This document shows positions 1-9,203 of a stretch of DNA of 64,000 nucleotides, one piece after another (position 1 is the stretch's first letter; each line of letters opens with the position of its first letter). The stretch spans positions 1,789 to 65,788 of the forward strand of contig JAFGMO010000009.1 of NCBI GenBank assembly GCA_016927475.1, in the 5' to 3' direction. Both the position numbers and the translations under genes were made by a program. The notes beneath the pieces were generated by a model. It did not search any database, was not told the DNA's origin, and was given only the letters and a program-made list of their open reading frames with translations. Source of the DNA: Candidatus Aminicenantes bacterium. GTDB lineage: Bacteria; Acidobacteriota; Aminicenantia; Aminicenantales; Aminicenantaceae.

Positions 1-1871
1 GAAAAAACGGAACTTCTGTTTCCTCACCACATAAAATATTTCTTTCAGATTATGCTGTGGACCAACCGGTTGGAAATCCATCCAAAGGACCCAAAAATGA
101 AAAACCAACCAGGAATCTTCCCTCACTTCCGGTTCAGGGCATCAATTTTTTCGGATTGATCTGGGGGCTGGGAATGGCCTTGCTCCTCACTCGAATCGGA
201 TGGGGTGCGGTCGCTATTCGAAGAATAAAACGTGAAGCGTCTCCCGTTGTCCATATCCGTTATCTTCGTCTTTTTCGGGCATCAATCAAAAAAACAGGCT
301 GTTCACCTGAGGTTAAACTTCTGCAATCTAATCTCATCCTTGGACCGCAGGCTTATGGAATATGGGATCCCGTCATTTTTATTCCCTATAAATTTTTCCA
401 TGAACTTAGGGATGGTGAAATTCGGGGAATTTTTCTTCATGAACTCTCTCATGTGAAACATCATGACACGGCGGTTGGCTTTTTCCAGCGGTTGATCGGA
501 GCCGTTTTCTGGTGGAATCCTCTTTTAAGAAAAATCAACGCGGATCTCTCATGCGCACGGGAAGAGATATCCGACAACCAGGCCCTTCTTCAGTCCGACA
601 CCTTTGAATATGCCCGGTGTTTGATTCATCTTGCCGAGCATTCGGGATATCGCAAAAAATTTGCGGTATCCTCTTCCCTGGTTTCCCATCACCTCTCTCT
701 GACGGAACGGGTTCAAAAAATTTTATCAAAGGAGAGAACGATGGATACTTTGCTCAAGCCATCAACCCGTATTCTAGCCATTCTGGCCGCCGTTCTGTGT
801 CTTGGTCTTGCGGCATCCGCCCGCTTGACGTTTGTGTTTCCAGGCAACAAGGCCGTTGACCAAAAAACTCGAGTTGTCTGGAATACTCTGGAAAAGTCGG
901 GAATAATCAGCCCTCAACTTTTCAAAAAAAAGGAACCCGCATACCCGCCCGAAGCCGTAAAAGCCGGCATCACGGGTACCGTCATCTTGGAAGGCAGCAC
1001 AGATAAAGAGGGCCTGGTAAACCAGATCAAAATTTTTCAGTCTGAAAATGATCTTCTCAAAGCAGCAGCGGGTCAAGCGGTTTTGGGTTGGGAATTCAAA
1101 ATCCTAAAAGAAAAGGGTGAGTCCTCCGTTTATTTCTATGCGGAATTTGATTTTGATATCGCAAAAGGCCGGCCGATGATCAGCATCAACCTCCAAATGA
1201 TTGAAGCTCTTAACAAAACAATAAAAAACGCCAGTGAAATTTCACCTATCTTTGCCCTGAAAAAGGTAAAACCTGTCTATCCTAGAATAGCGCAAGAGGC
1301 GGGAGTCGAAGGTACCGTCATTCTCGAACTCACCACTGATATTTATGGGAGAGTCAAAAACCAAAAAATTTTGCGATCCATTCCCCTTCTCGACCAGGCT
1401 GCCGTCAATGCCGTCAGGCAGTGGAGATATAAGCCGGCCATCATCGATGGAAAAAAACAAGAAATGACTATTACGGTCGCATTCGCCTTCAATAAACATG
1501 GTGTTCATATCGTCAGCCATGGGAGTGGTGTGATTGGAGATGTCGAGAAAAAGGTTATGGAGTACCATGGCGGAGAGGCTGAAATTACGATCGAATCTCC
1601 CTCGGGAAAAGAGATTCCCAAACTGATCAAGATTGTTTATCCTCCATACCCTGAAATCGCCCGCCAGGCGAAAGTGGTAGGGCCAGTTATTCTTATTGTA
1701 TCGACGAATACAGGCGGCAGGATAAAAACCATTCGCTCAAAAAGATCGGTTCCTCTACTTGACCAGGCTGTCTTCGACGCGGTCAAACAATGGGTCTTTG
1801 ACCCTATTTTCGAACGTGGTAAACCGCAGACATCTTTGCTGCAGATCACCGTCAACTTCACATACCAATGA
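1..1871 (+). CDS. M56 (BlaR1/MecR1-like) metallopeptidase domain fused to three TonB C-terminal domains; 5'-truncated by the window edge
   Basis: Frame is open from position 3 to TGA at 1869-1871 (ORF track starts at 57). M56 motif IFLHELSHVKHHD and WWNPLL..REEISD; a hydrophobic TM segment; three TonB-C repeats (PAYPPEAVKAGITGTVIL, PVYPRIAQEAGVEGTVIL, PPYPEIARQAKVVGPVIL). Confidence 0.88.
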   Translation, partial: KNGTSVSSPHKIFLSDYAVDQPVGNPSKGPKNEKPTRNLPSLPVQGINFFGLIWGLGMALLLTRIGWGAVAIRRIKREASPVVHIRYLRLFRASIKKTGCSPEVKLLQSNLILGPQAYGIWDPVIFIPYKFFHELRDGEIRGIFLHELSHVKHHDTAVGFFQRLIGAVFWWNPLLRKINADLSCAREEISDNQALLQSDTFEYARCLIHLAEHSGYRKKFAVSSSLVSHHLSLTERVQKILSKERTMDTLLKPSTRILAILAAVLCLGLAASARLTFVFPGNKAVDQKTRVVWNTLEKSGIISPQLFKKKEPAYPPEAVKAGITGTVILEGSTDKEGLVNQIKIFQSENDLLKAAAGQAVLGWEFKILKEKGESSVYFYAEFDFDIAKGRPMISINLQMIEALNKTIKNASEISPIFALKKVKPVYPRIAQEAGVEGTVILELTTDIYGRVKNQKILRSIPLLDQAAVNAVRQWRYKPAIIDGKKQEMTITVAFAFNKHGVHIVSHGSGVIGDVEKKVMEYHGGEAEITIESPSGKEIPKLIKIVYPPYPEIARQAKVVGPVILIVSTNTGGRIKTIRSKRSVPLLDQAVFDAVKQWVFDPIFERGKPQTSLLQITVNFTYQ

Positions 1872-2172
1872 TTCACGGGCCGGTATACCTGACCCAAACG
1901 GTTATCTTATTAAGCAGATTTATAGCCCATACAGGATGATATTTTAGTTGCCGAGTAACAAACCCGTTCCCGATAGGGACATTCGAGGCCGTTCGGTCGG
2001 CGGGGACACCGGACGGCCTCCATATTAATCCCTTAGCTCTTTTTCATTATCCCGGCAGCAATATTTATTCGCAATTCACTCCAGACAAATATTGACCCGT
2101 AGCGTGGTGACCTAGGCGTCGTCTATTGCGGTTTTTTTTGGAAATTGCTATCATAATAGTAGGAATTGACAG

Positions 2173-2862
2173 ATGTTTTTTTGGGACTACACGATATTTC
2201 TTATTATTCCTCCCCTTATCCTGGCCCTTTACGCGCAGCAGAAAGTCCGAAGCACCTATGCCCGATACAGCAACATCAACTCATCCTCGCGATTAACCGG
2301 CTCGGATGTGGCCCGAAACATTCTCCAACTCAAAGGGGCTACAGATGTAAACATTGAAAAAGTTAAAGGCCGGCTAACGGACCACTATGATCCCAGGAAA
2401 AAGGTCCTTCGTCTTTCCGAAGGGATCTACGGAAGTTCTTCCTTGGCCGCTCTGGGGATTGCCGCTCATGAAACAGGACACGCTCTTCAGCACCACGACG
2501 GATATGCCCCCCTTCATTTTAGAAACGCCATTTTCCCGGTAGCCAATCTCGGTTCCACCCTGGCTTTTCCCTTATTTTTCATCGGATTCATTTTTAGCCG
2601 GAACGGACCGAGCATTCTCATGGACTTGGGTATCATCCTTTTCAGCGGCGCCGTTCTTTTCATTGTGATAACTCTTCCTGTCGAATTCAACGCTTCCAAG
2701 AGGGCCCTCGTTCTTTTGGAAGAAACACATTATCTTCAGGGCCGGGAATTGGCGGGCGCCCGCAAGGTCCTCTCTGCCGCCGCCCTGACCTACGTGGCTT
2801 CAACAGCCATGGCCGTGATGCAGCTTCTCAGGTTGATAATACTTAGGGATGCCCGTGACTGA
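2173..2862 (+). CDS. YugP-like putative neutral zinc metallopeptidase (membrane-bound)
   Basis: LTDHYDPRKKVLRLS, AAHETGHALQH (HExxH), TLPVEFNASKRAL, AALTYVA are typical of this family. Confidence 0.92.
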   Translation: MFFWDYTIFLIIPPLILALYAQQKVRSTYARYSNINSSSRLTGSDVARNILQLKGATDVNIEKVKGRLTDHYDPRKKVLRLSEGIYGSSSLAALGIAAHETGHALQHHDGYAPLHFRNAIFPVANLGSTLAFPLFFIGFIFSRNGPSILMDLGIILFSGAVLFIVITLPVEFNASKRALVLLEETHYLQGRELAGARKVLSAAALTYVASTAMAVMQLLRLIILRDARD

Positions 2863-2889
2863 CCTGTACTATTCATAAATTTGGCCGAC
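2863..2889. repeat. Solo end of the dispersed structured repeat
   Basis: CCTGTACTATTCATAAATTTGGCCGAC matches the reverse complement of the right end of the 32447-32716 copy; begins immediately after TGA at 2860-2862. Confidence 0.7.
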
Positions 2890-2919
2890 CACACTTCTCT
2901 CCTTTATCCTTCTTTTTCC

Positions 2920-2949
2920 TTGACAGGTTAACCGGGGGAGTGTTAGAAA
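2920..2949 (+). promoter_or_regulatory. Putative sigma70 promoter of the M14 peptidase gene
   Basis: TTGACA (2920-2925), 18 nt spacer ending in TGT, then TAGAAA (2944-2949); 24 nt upstream of the probable ATG. Confidence 0.45.
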
Positions 2950-2972
2950 AAAAACAGTGAATGGAGGTTTAT

Positions 2973-5585
2973 ATGTTACATAATAAAAAATCCTATCTTT
3001 TTGTTTTGGCCTTGACATGCTTTCTTATTGTTCCTCAATTTTTAAGCGCACAGACTTCCCCCGAAGATTTCCTCAAATTCAAAGTTGGTGCCGATAAAAA
3101 ATTAGCCGATTACAGCCAGATCCGGGCTTACTTTCAACAACTCGGCAATGAAACTCCTCTTCTTACTGTTTTTGATATCGGCCAATCCGTCCGTGGAAAA
3201 ACAATGACGATGGCCGTTATCACCTCGGAAGAAAATATGGCCAGGCTGGATGACCTCAAAAAGGTCACCAAAAAACTGCGCGATGCTCGGGGAATTTCAG
3301 AAGAAGAGGCCCAACGTCTGGCTTTAGAAGGGAAAATTTTTGTTCTTATTACCTGTAATCTACACGCCACTGAGATCGCCTCTTCACAGATGGCCCTTGA
3401 ATTGGCCTACGACCTTGTTACGGGAAAAACTCCCTTCGATGCGGCCAAGGTTCTGGAAGACGTCGTCGTTCTCCTCGTTCCCACGTCCAATCCCGACGGG
3501 GAAACAATGGTCACCGAATGGTACCGTAAGTACGTCGGGACAAAATTTGAGGGCGGCCGGATGCCCTGGCTTTATCACGACTATGCCGGTCACGACAACA
3601 ACCGGGACTGGTTTATGTTCAACCTGCCCGAAACGAGGGCCATAACCCGTGTTCTTTACCACGATTGGATCCCTCAGATCCATATTGATGAACACCAAAT
3701 GGGAAGCACAGGGGCCAGGCTTTTTGTTCCGCCCTTCATGGACCCTCCCATTCCCAATGTCCATCCCCTTATCTGGAGAAGCGTCAATCTCTGCGGAGCC
3801 AACATGTCCTATGCCCTCCAGGCCAACGGTTTTAAAGGTGTCGTCCACGACCGCAGCTTCACGGGTTGGTGGATCGGTGCCTGCGACGATACATCCTGGT
3901 TGCATAACTGCACCGGCCTCTTGAGCGAGATGGCTTCCGCAAATATCGCTTCTCCCATTTTCATCGAATCGATTGAAATTCCGGATTCTTATGTCGAAAA
4001 AAGAATGAATTTTCCTGATCCTTGGCTCGGCGGCTGGTGGCGGTTGAGGGATATCGTCGAATATGAGCTCTGCCTTTCCAAAAGCCTGATCGAAACAGCT
4101 TATCTCAATAAAGAAAAATTTCTTTTCAACTTCTACAGGATGAATAAAGACGGCATAGAAAAAGCTCAGAAAGACGACCCCTATGCCTTTGTCATTTCCG
4201 CCGAACAACGCGATGTTCCCACAACCTATCGCATGCTTGACATCCTGAAATTCGGAGGTGTCGAGCTGAAACAAGCAAAAAAAGAATTTGTTGCCGACGG
4301 CAAGATTTACCCTGCAGGCTCATTGGTGGTGCTTATGGCTCAGCCCTACCGTCCTTACGCCAGAACTCTTCTCGAAAAACAGAAATATCCCGATATACGA
4401 CAGTATCCCGGCGGCCCGCCAGTTCCCCCGTATGACAACGCCGCATGGACTCTGCCACTGCAGATGGGCGTCTCCTGTGAACGTATCGAGCACCCCTTTA
4501 AGGCGGAATTGACTCCGCTGGACGAGGTCAAACCGTCAAAAATTTCTTCCATCCCGGAAACCGCCTCATATCTTGTATTGGACTCCAAAACCAATGTTTC
4601 CTACAGCGCCGCCATATCCCTTCTCCAAAAGAAGGTGGACATATCCCGCTCCCGCCAGGGAATCAACGGGAAGGACTTTCATGCCTGTACGGGAAGCTTC
4701 ATCATGAAAAACTCTCCCGCCGTCCGAGAAACACTTTCACCCTTCGTCGAAAAACATTTTCTTCCCGTCTATACTCTGGAATCGGTCGAAGATATTCCCA
4801 ATGATAAGGTCCTTCCACTGCGGATCGGCCTTTACAGGTCGTGGCGGTCCAATATGGACGAAGGATGGACGCGTTATGTCCTCGATGACCTGAAAATTCC
4901 CTACACCACACTTCGCAATAAGGACTTTAAAGGGACGAAAAAAGAAAAAGCCGACTTGAAGAGTTCATTCGATGTCATCATTTTCGCCAGTGAAAATGCC
5001 GATATCATCAAGCTTGGAAAACCCGGATCTTCCTCCGCTTACCGGCGTTATTTTTCCCCCATGCCTCAAGAATACGAAGGGGGTATCGGGAAAGAAGGCA
5101 TTGAAGCTCTGAAGTCCTTCGTTGAAAAAGGAGGAATCCTCGTCACTCTCAATGACGCCTGTGACCTCATCTTCGAAGAATTCAGTCCGCCGGCCAGAAA
5201 CAGCCTGGAGCGGGTCTCACGCGATAAATTTTTCTGTCCGACATCCATTCTTAACGTTGAAGTAGATCCGTCAACACCGATCGGCTATGGTTTGCCCCGC
5301 AACACGGCGGTCATGTTTTCAAGCAGCCTAGCCATGTCGACATCCATCCCTTCTCCCCAATGGAACAGAAAAGTTGTCGCCTCCTTCCCTCAAGAGGACA
5401 TACTCCTCAGCGGATGGCTCCTGGGTGAAGAGTATCTATCCCGGAAGGCCGCGGTTGTCGATCTGTCTTATGAACAAGGACATATTATTCTTATCGGTAT
5501 CCGTTGTCAGTGGAGGGCTCAGTCGCACGGCGCTTATAAATTTCTTTTAAACGCCCTCCTTTATCCCGAAAAGGATAAAGAGTAA
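2973..5585 (+). CDS. Secreted M14 zinc carboxypeptidase-family protein
   Basis: Signal peptide; LHATE (HxxE), NPDG, HDNNRD, DEHQMG motifs; C-terminal GATase-like domain (MDEGWTRYV). GGAGG at 2963-2967 favours ATG 2973 over 2961. Confidence 0.9.
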   Translation: MLHNKKSYLFVLALTCFLIVPQFLSAQTSPEDFLKFKVGADKKLADYSQIRAYFQQLGNETPLLTVFDIGQSVRGKTMTMAVITSEENMARLDDLKKVTKKLRDARGISEEEAQRLALEGKIFVLITCNLHATEIASSQMALELAYDLVTGKTPFDAAKVLEDVVVLLVPTSNPDGETMVTEWYRKYVGTKFEGGRMPWLYHDYAGHDNNRDWFMFNLPETRAITRVLYHDWIPQIHIDEHQMGSTGARLFVPPFMDPPIPNVHPLIWRSVNLCGANMSYALQANGFKGVVHDRSFTGWWIGACDDTSWLHNCTGLLSEMASANIASPIFIESIEIPDSYVEKRMNFPDPWLGGWWRLRDIVEYELCLSKSLIETAYLNKEKFLFNFYRMNKDGIEKAQKDDPYAFVISAEQRDVPTTYRMLDILKFGGVELKQAKKEFVADGKIYPAGSLVVLMAQPYRPYARTLLEKQKYPDIRQYPGGPPVPPYDNAAWTLPLQMGVSCERIEHPFKAELTPLDEVKPSKISSIPETASYLVLDSKTNVSYSAAISLLQKKVDISRSRQGINGKDFHACTGSFIMKNSPAVRETLSPFVEKHFLPVYTLESVEDIPNDKVLPLRIGLYRSWRSNMDEGWTRYVLDDLKIPYTTLRNKDFKGTKKEKADLKSSFDVIIFASENADIIKLGKPGSSSAYRRYFSPMPQEYEGGIGKEGIEALKSFVEKGGILVTLNDACDLIFEEFSPPARNSLERVSRDKFFCPTSILNVEVDPSTPIGYGLPRNTAVMFSSSLAMSTSIPSPQWNRKVVASFPQEDILLSGWLLGEEYLSRKAAVVDLSYEQGHIILIGIRCQWRAQSHGAYKFLLNALLYPEKDKE

Positions 5586-5596
5586 AGACATCTAAA

Positions 5597-5626
5597 AAGG
5601 GGGAAGTGTAAAAACATTTCCCCCTT
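5597..5626 (+). terminator. Hairpin downstream of M14 gene, probable terminator
   Basis: AAGGGGGAAGTG-taaaaa-CATTTCCCCCTT, 12 bp stem with one G.U pair, 11 nt after the stop. Confidence 0.55.
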
Positions 5627-5674
5627 AATGTGTCTATCTGCGCCTAGATTTACTTTGATTTTAAATTCTATATG

Positions 5675-5688
5675 TTCTAATATTTGAA
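5675..5688. promoter_or_regulatory. Possible ArsR autoregulatory operator
   Basis: Near-palindrome TTCTAATATTTGAA (12/14) about 30 nt upstream of the ArsR ATG; ArsR/SmtB proteins typically bind such sites at their own promoter. Confidence 0.3.
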
Positions 5689-5717
5689 TTATACAAATTC
5701 AAAAAAAGGTACAACGG

Positions 5718-6053
5718 ATGGAAAAGAAAAATTTTTACCGCATTCATTCCGATGTCTGCAAAACCCTGTCTAATCCCAAAAGACAGGAAATTATGATGAA
5801 TCTTCGTTATACAGAGATGGCTGTCAACTCATTGGTTAAAAAGACAGGAATTTCCCAGGCCAATCTTTCCCAACATCTAGCTATCCTTCGCAACAAAGGG
5901 ATCGTCAAATCCAGGAGGGATGGAATTCATGTCTACTATTCCCTTTCCAGCCCAAAAATCATCAAGGCATTCGACCTAATCAGCGAATTTATCCGGGAAT
6001 CTCTCAGCAGTCAAACAAAAACATTGACAAAGGCAGGAATCAAAAAGATATAA
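5718..6053 (+). CDS. ArsR/SmtB-family transcriptional regulator
   Basis: KTLSNPKRQEI..ISQANLSQHLAILRNKGIVKSRRDGIHVYYSL winged-HTH signature. Confidence 0.93.
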   Translation: MEKKNFYRIHSDVCKTLSNPKRQEIMMNLRYTEMAVNSLVKKTGISQANLSQHLAILRNKGIVKSRRDGIHVYYSLSSPKIIKAFDLISEFIRESLSSQTKTLTKAGIKKI

Positions 6054-6125
6054 TTTTTTATCCGATTAACATCGCACCCAAAATGTTTTAAAAAACAATG
6101 GTGATTACGTTCAAGGAATAAACGT

Positions 6126-6545
6126 TTATTCTCCAAGCACCTTGACCAGCACTCTTTTGCGCCGCTCCCCATCAAACTCACCATAAAAAATCTGTTCCCA
6201 CGGCCCGAAATCCAGCTTGCCCCCCGTGACGGCGACGACAACTTCCCGTCCCATAACGGTTCTTTTTAGGTGGGCATCCCCGTTATCTTCTCCCGTCCTG
6301 TTGTGCCGATACCTGGACAATGGCTCGTGCGGGGCGAAACCTTCCAGCCACTCCTCAAAATCCGCATGTAGTCCGGATTCATCATCATTGATAAAAACGC
6401 TGGCCGTAATGTGCATGGCATTGACCAAACACAATCCCTCCCGGACTCCACTTTTTCTGACTATGCTCTCAACTTCGGAAGTGATATTGATGAATTCCCG
6501 TCTTTTTTCGGTATGAAAGACCAAATATTCAGTTAAATGATTCAC
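6126..6545 (-). CDS. yjbQ: YjbQ/UPF0047 family protein (secondary thiamine-phosphate synthase family)
   Basis: [33 protein letters not shown] motifs. Confidence 0.9.
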   Translation of the reverse strand: MNHLTEYLVFHTEKRREFINITSEVESIVRKSGVREGLCLVNAMHITASVFINDDESGLHADFEEWLEGFAPHEPLSRYRHNRTGEDNGDAHLKRTVMGREVVVAVTGGKLDFGPWEQIFYGEFDGERRKRVLVKVLGE

Positions 6546-6574
6546 TTTCCACCTCCCCGGTTTTTGAATATGCT

Positions 6575-7006
6575 TTATTCACGTTTTATTGTGCAGGTAA
6601 AAATTCCTCCTCCTCCCAGTCCCAACATGATAATGGACTGTACAAATGTTTTCCATTGAACCTGTGGTGTCAGGAAGAGGGAATACACAAAAAAGTAAAA
6701 TCCTACAAGGGCAATGATTCCATAAGCGATCATCATCACCAGCCTGGCCCTGCGGTTGCTCTTGGGCGTATCTTCGGCAAAGAACCTGTTGTAGAGAAGC
6801 ATCCCGGCCAAACAGACCGCTCCTAGAACGGTGAATATCAGCCAAAAAGTCTTCAGCTTGGAAACCGTCACCAAAGGAAGGGGAGATCCCGAAGCCAAAA
6901 GCCCGGCATCCGGTACGATGGGCTGCAGCATTTTGTCATAAAGCGTGGCTCCGAAGTTTGTCCCGATGAGGCTTCCGAAAACCCCGTAAAGAAAAGCATA
7001 TCCCAT
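6575..7006 (-). CDS. C-terminal fragment of a POT/PTR-like MFS transporter, in frame with 7007..8074 across a single TAA
   Basis: ATG at 7004-7006 directly follows TAA at 7007-7009 in the same frame; [15 protein letters not shown] continues an MFS helix. Confidence 0.7.
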   Translation of the reverse strand: MGYAFLYGVFGSLIGTNFGATLYDKMLQPIVPDAGLLASGSPLPLVTVSKLKTFWLIFTVLGAVCLAGMLLYNRFFAEDTPKSNRRARLVMMIAYGIIALVGFYFFVYSLFLTPQVQWKTFVQSIIMLGLGGGGIFTCTIKRE

Positions 7007-8074
7007 TTAGACGGCCTTCTGCTCTTGAGGAGCAACTCTTCCGATATAACTATAATACTTTGGATGAGCGGTCATTTCTCCGAGCGAAAAAACGGCAATA
7101 CCCACAATAAACATCCAGGCACTGCGTGTTAAAGCCAAAACGAGGAACCCGCATGACCCAATGGTAATGCCGACCGCCATGACCGGAAACGCCTTCATGT
7201 TTTTGACGATGCGGCTTATGAGAACGACAAGCAAAACGATCGTACCGGCATTGATGATCGTTACAAACTCGGCATCAAAGGTGAATGCTTTGAGAAAAGG
7301 TACCTTCTGCATGAACCGGTCGACGGGCACCCGGTAGATAAAATCACGCAGATACCAAAGAATGGAACCGAACATCTGGAAATATAGAATCCAGAAACAT
7401 GAATAAACGATGATGAGCAGCATAAACCTGGAATTGCTCAAAACCAGAGCCGCATCCCTCAGCACCTGGCGTATGGGTTTGCTGCTCTCGGGCCGATCCG
7501 GATCCCGGTAAAAAAAGACCGTGGGAATTAGCATCAAAAAACACCAGGCAGCTGAAGAGAAAAAAACATACTTCCAGTTGAATCCTTTAATCCAGGAAAT
7601 GAAAAAAGGAGCCAAAAAAGCGCCGAGGTTAATGCTCCAGTAATAGACACCAAAACCGAAGCCGCTATTGTCCGTTGTTGTCGCCCGGGCCACTGTTCCG
7701 GTAATGATGGGCTTAAAAAGTCCGCTTCCCGTAGCCATAATGAGAAGGAAGAGAAAGATCAAACTGTAGGCCGTGAAATTTCCAGCAGCAAAATAGCCCA
7801 TGCTGAGCATGGAAAAGGCCACCAGCAGCATCTTCCGGTACCCCAGCCTGTCGGCCAGGGCTCCACCAAAGATGGGCACGATGTATGTCAGGGCGTAAAC
7901 AAATCCTTGAAGGAAACCGATGGACTGCTTCTCAAAATGGAGAACATCGGCCAGATAAACGGCCAGAACGGCATTCATTCCGTAATAAGCCCCTCGTTCG
8001 AAAAGCTCCATAAGATTCGCCATCCAGAATGACCGGGAAAAAGAGAACAAAATATTTTTCTTTTTTTCCGACAT
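7007..8074 (-). CDS. POT/PTR-like MFS (peptide) transporter, N-terminal part; premature in-frame stop (pseudogene or sequence error)
   Basis: ELFERGAYYG (ExxER motif), GGALADRLGYRK, GSGLFKP, GFGVYYWSINLGA; ends ..QEQKAV-TAA. ATG 8074 has a purine-rich RBS; ORF track starts at TTG 8095. Confidence 0.8.
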   Translation of the reverse strand: MSEKKKNILFSFSRSFWMANLMELFERGAYYGMNAVLAVYLADVLHFEKQSIGFLQGFVYALTYIVPIFGGALADRLGYRKMLLVAFSMLSMGYFAAGNFTAYSLIFLFLLIMATGSGLFKPIITGTVARATTTDNSGFGFGVYYWSINLGAFLAPFFISWIKGFNWKYVFFSSAAWCFLMLIPTVFFYRDPDRPESSKPIRQVLRDAALVLSNSRFMLLIIVYSCFWILYFQMFGSILWYLRDFIYRVPVDRFMQKVPFLKAFTFDAEFVTIINAGTIVLLVVLISRIVKNMKAFPVMAVGITIGSCGFLVLALTRSAWMFIVGIAVFSLGEMTAHPKYYSYIGRVAPQEQKAV

Positions 8075-8108
8075 AACCTTTTCCTCCTCTTTCAAAAAAA
8101 GGAAATGT

Positions 8109-9203
8109 TTACCAGTCTCTCACCAGTGCAATGACCAAATCCGTCAGAGCCTCGAGGTCCTGTTTGTGAATTTTTTCGATGAATGAATGGGAGTATGTCC
8201 CCGGCCAGGAAAGCGGGATATCAACGGCTCCTTCGGGAACAAAAACCGACCCGTCGTTTCCCCCTCTTGTATTGCCGAGCTGAACCGGAATAGCACTTTT
8301 CTCGGCGATCAAACGCACTCTGTGGATGAATGGGTAGGGAGTGATGTTGCTGCTGTCGATAGCCCGAATCACGGCTCCCGCTCCCAGGGGAAGATAAGCG
8401 AATCTTTTGTCATCCAAAGGGCTGTCTGATGAGACGAATGTATCTACGGGAAAAACGATATCGCCCTGAAGATGTGGGGCCATACGGGAGGCGCCAATCA
8501 ACCCAATTTCCTCCTGAACGTCCCAAACAAATGAAACGGTTTTCCCCTCTACTTTATCCCACTCTATACGCCAGGCGGCGGCAAGAAGGACGGCACAACC
8601 GGCCCTATCGTCCACGGCGCGGGTACAGAGAAGGTCCGGTCTTAAAAAAATCAGCTTTTTCTTGATGGTCACGGAATCTCCCTCGGCTACTCCCAATTCC
8701 AGAGCTTCTTCCCCGGATGATACGCCGAGATAAATTTCCACATCGCTCATCTGGTAAGGAGATATATTATCTTCCTTTCCTTTCGGCCGCGGGACCACAA
8801 CTCCCTCAATACGGCCCCGGGACGTATAGATATGAACTGCATGTCCTTCATACATTTTAGGGAAAAAACCTCCCCGCCCTTTGACTGTCAGTCTTCCGGA
8901 TGGAGTGATTTTATCGACCAAAAATCCGATCTCGTCGGTATGGGCCACAAAAACGATATGCGGTTTCCCGGCTCCCTTAGTAAACCATAGATTGTGACTG
9001 TCATCTCGTTTGACCTCGAAACCGGGGGGAAGTGCTTTCTGAATGGTGTCGGCAACCTTCCCCTCCTTTCCGGAAACGCCCGGAATAAGAACCAGTTCCT
9101 GAAGCCAATCCCACGGTGATTTATTCGGTATATTTTGAGCTTGAATACCGGGAATTAAAAGAAGGGCAACCACCCAAAAAATGACCATCTTTGTCTTGAT
9201 CAC
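8109..9203 (-). CDS. Secreted M42-family aminopeptidase/hydrolase with intact metal ligands
   Basis: Signal peptide; VAHTDEIG, AVDDRAG, VQEEIG, PVDT, YSHSFIE. Confidence 0.88.
   Translation of the reverse strand: MIKTKMVIFWVVALLLIPGIQAQNIPNKSPWDWLQELVLIPGVSGKEGKVADTIQKALPPGFEVKRDDSHNLWFTKGAGKPHIVFVAHTDEIGFLVDKITPSGRLTVKGRGGFFPKMYEGHAVHIYTSRGRIEGVVVPRPKGKEDNISPYQMSDVEIYLGVSSGEEALELGVAEGDSVTIKKKLIFLRPDLLCTRAVDDRAGCAVLLAAAWRIEWDKVEGKTVSFVWDVQEEIGLIGASRMAPHLQGDIVFPVDTFVSSDSPLDDKRFAYLPLGAGAVIRAIDSSNITPYPFIHRVRLIAEKSAIPVQLGNTRGGNDGSVFVPEGAVDIPLSWPGTYSHSFIEKIHKQDLEALTDLVIALVRDW

Noticed and set aside
6566-6583. TGCTTTATTCACG as a repeat terminus
   Set aside because: It coincides with the last codons (RE-stop) of the MFS fragment and lacks the CC start; may be chance.
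7007-7009. Genetic-code reassignment of TAA
   Set aside because: Many genes in the window end normally in TAA, and only one internal case was seen.
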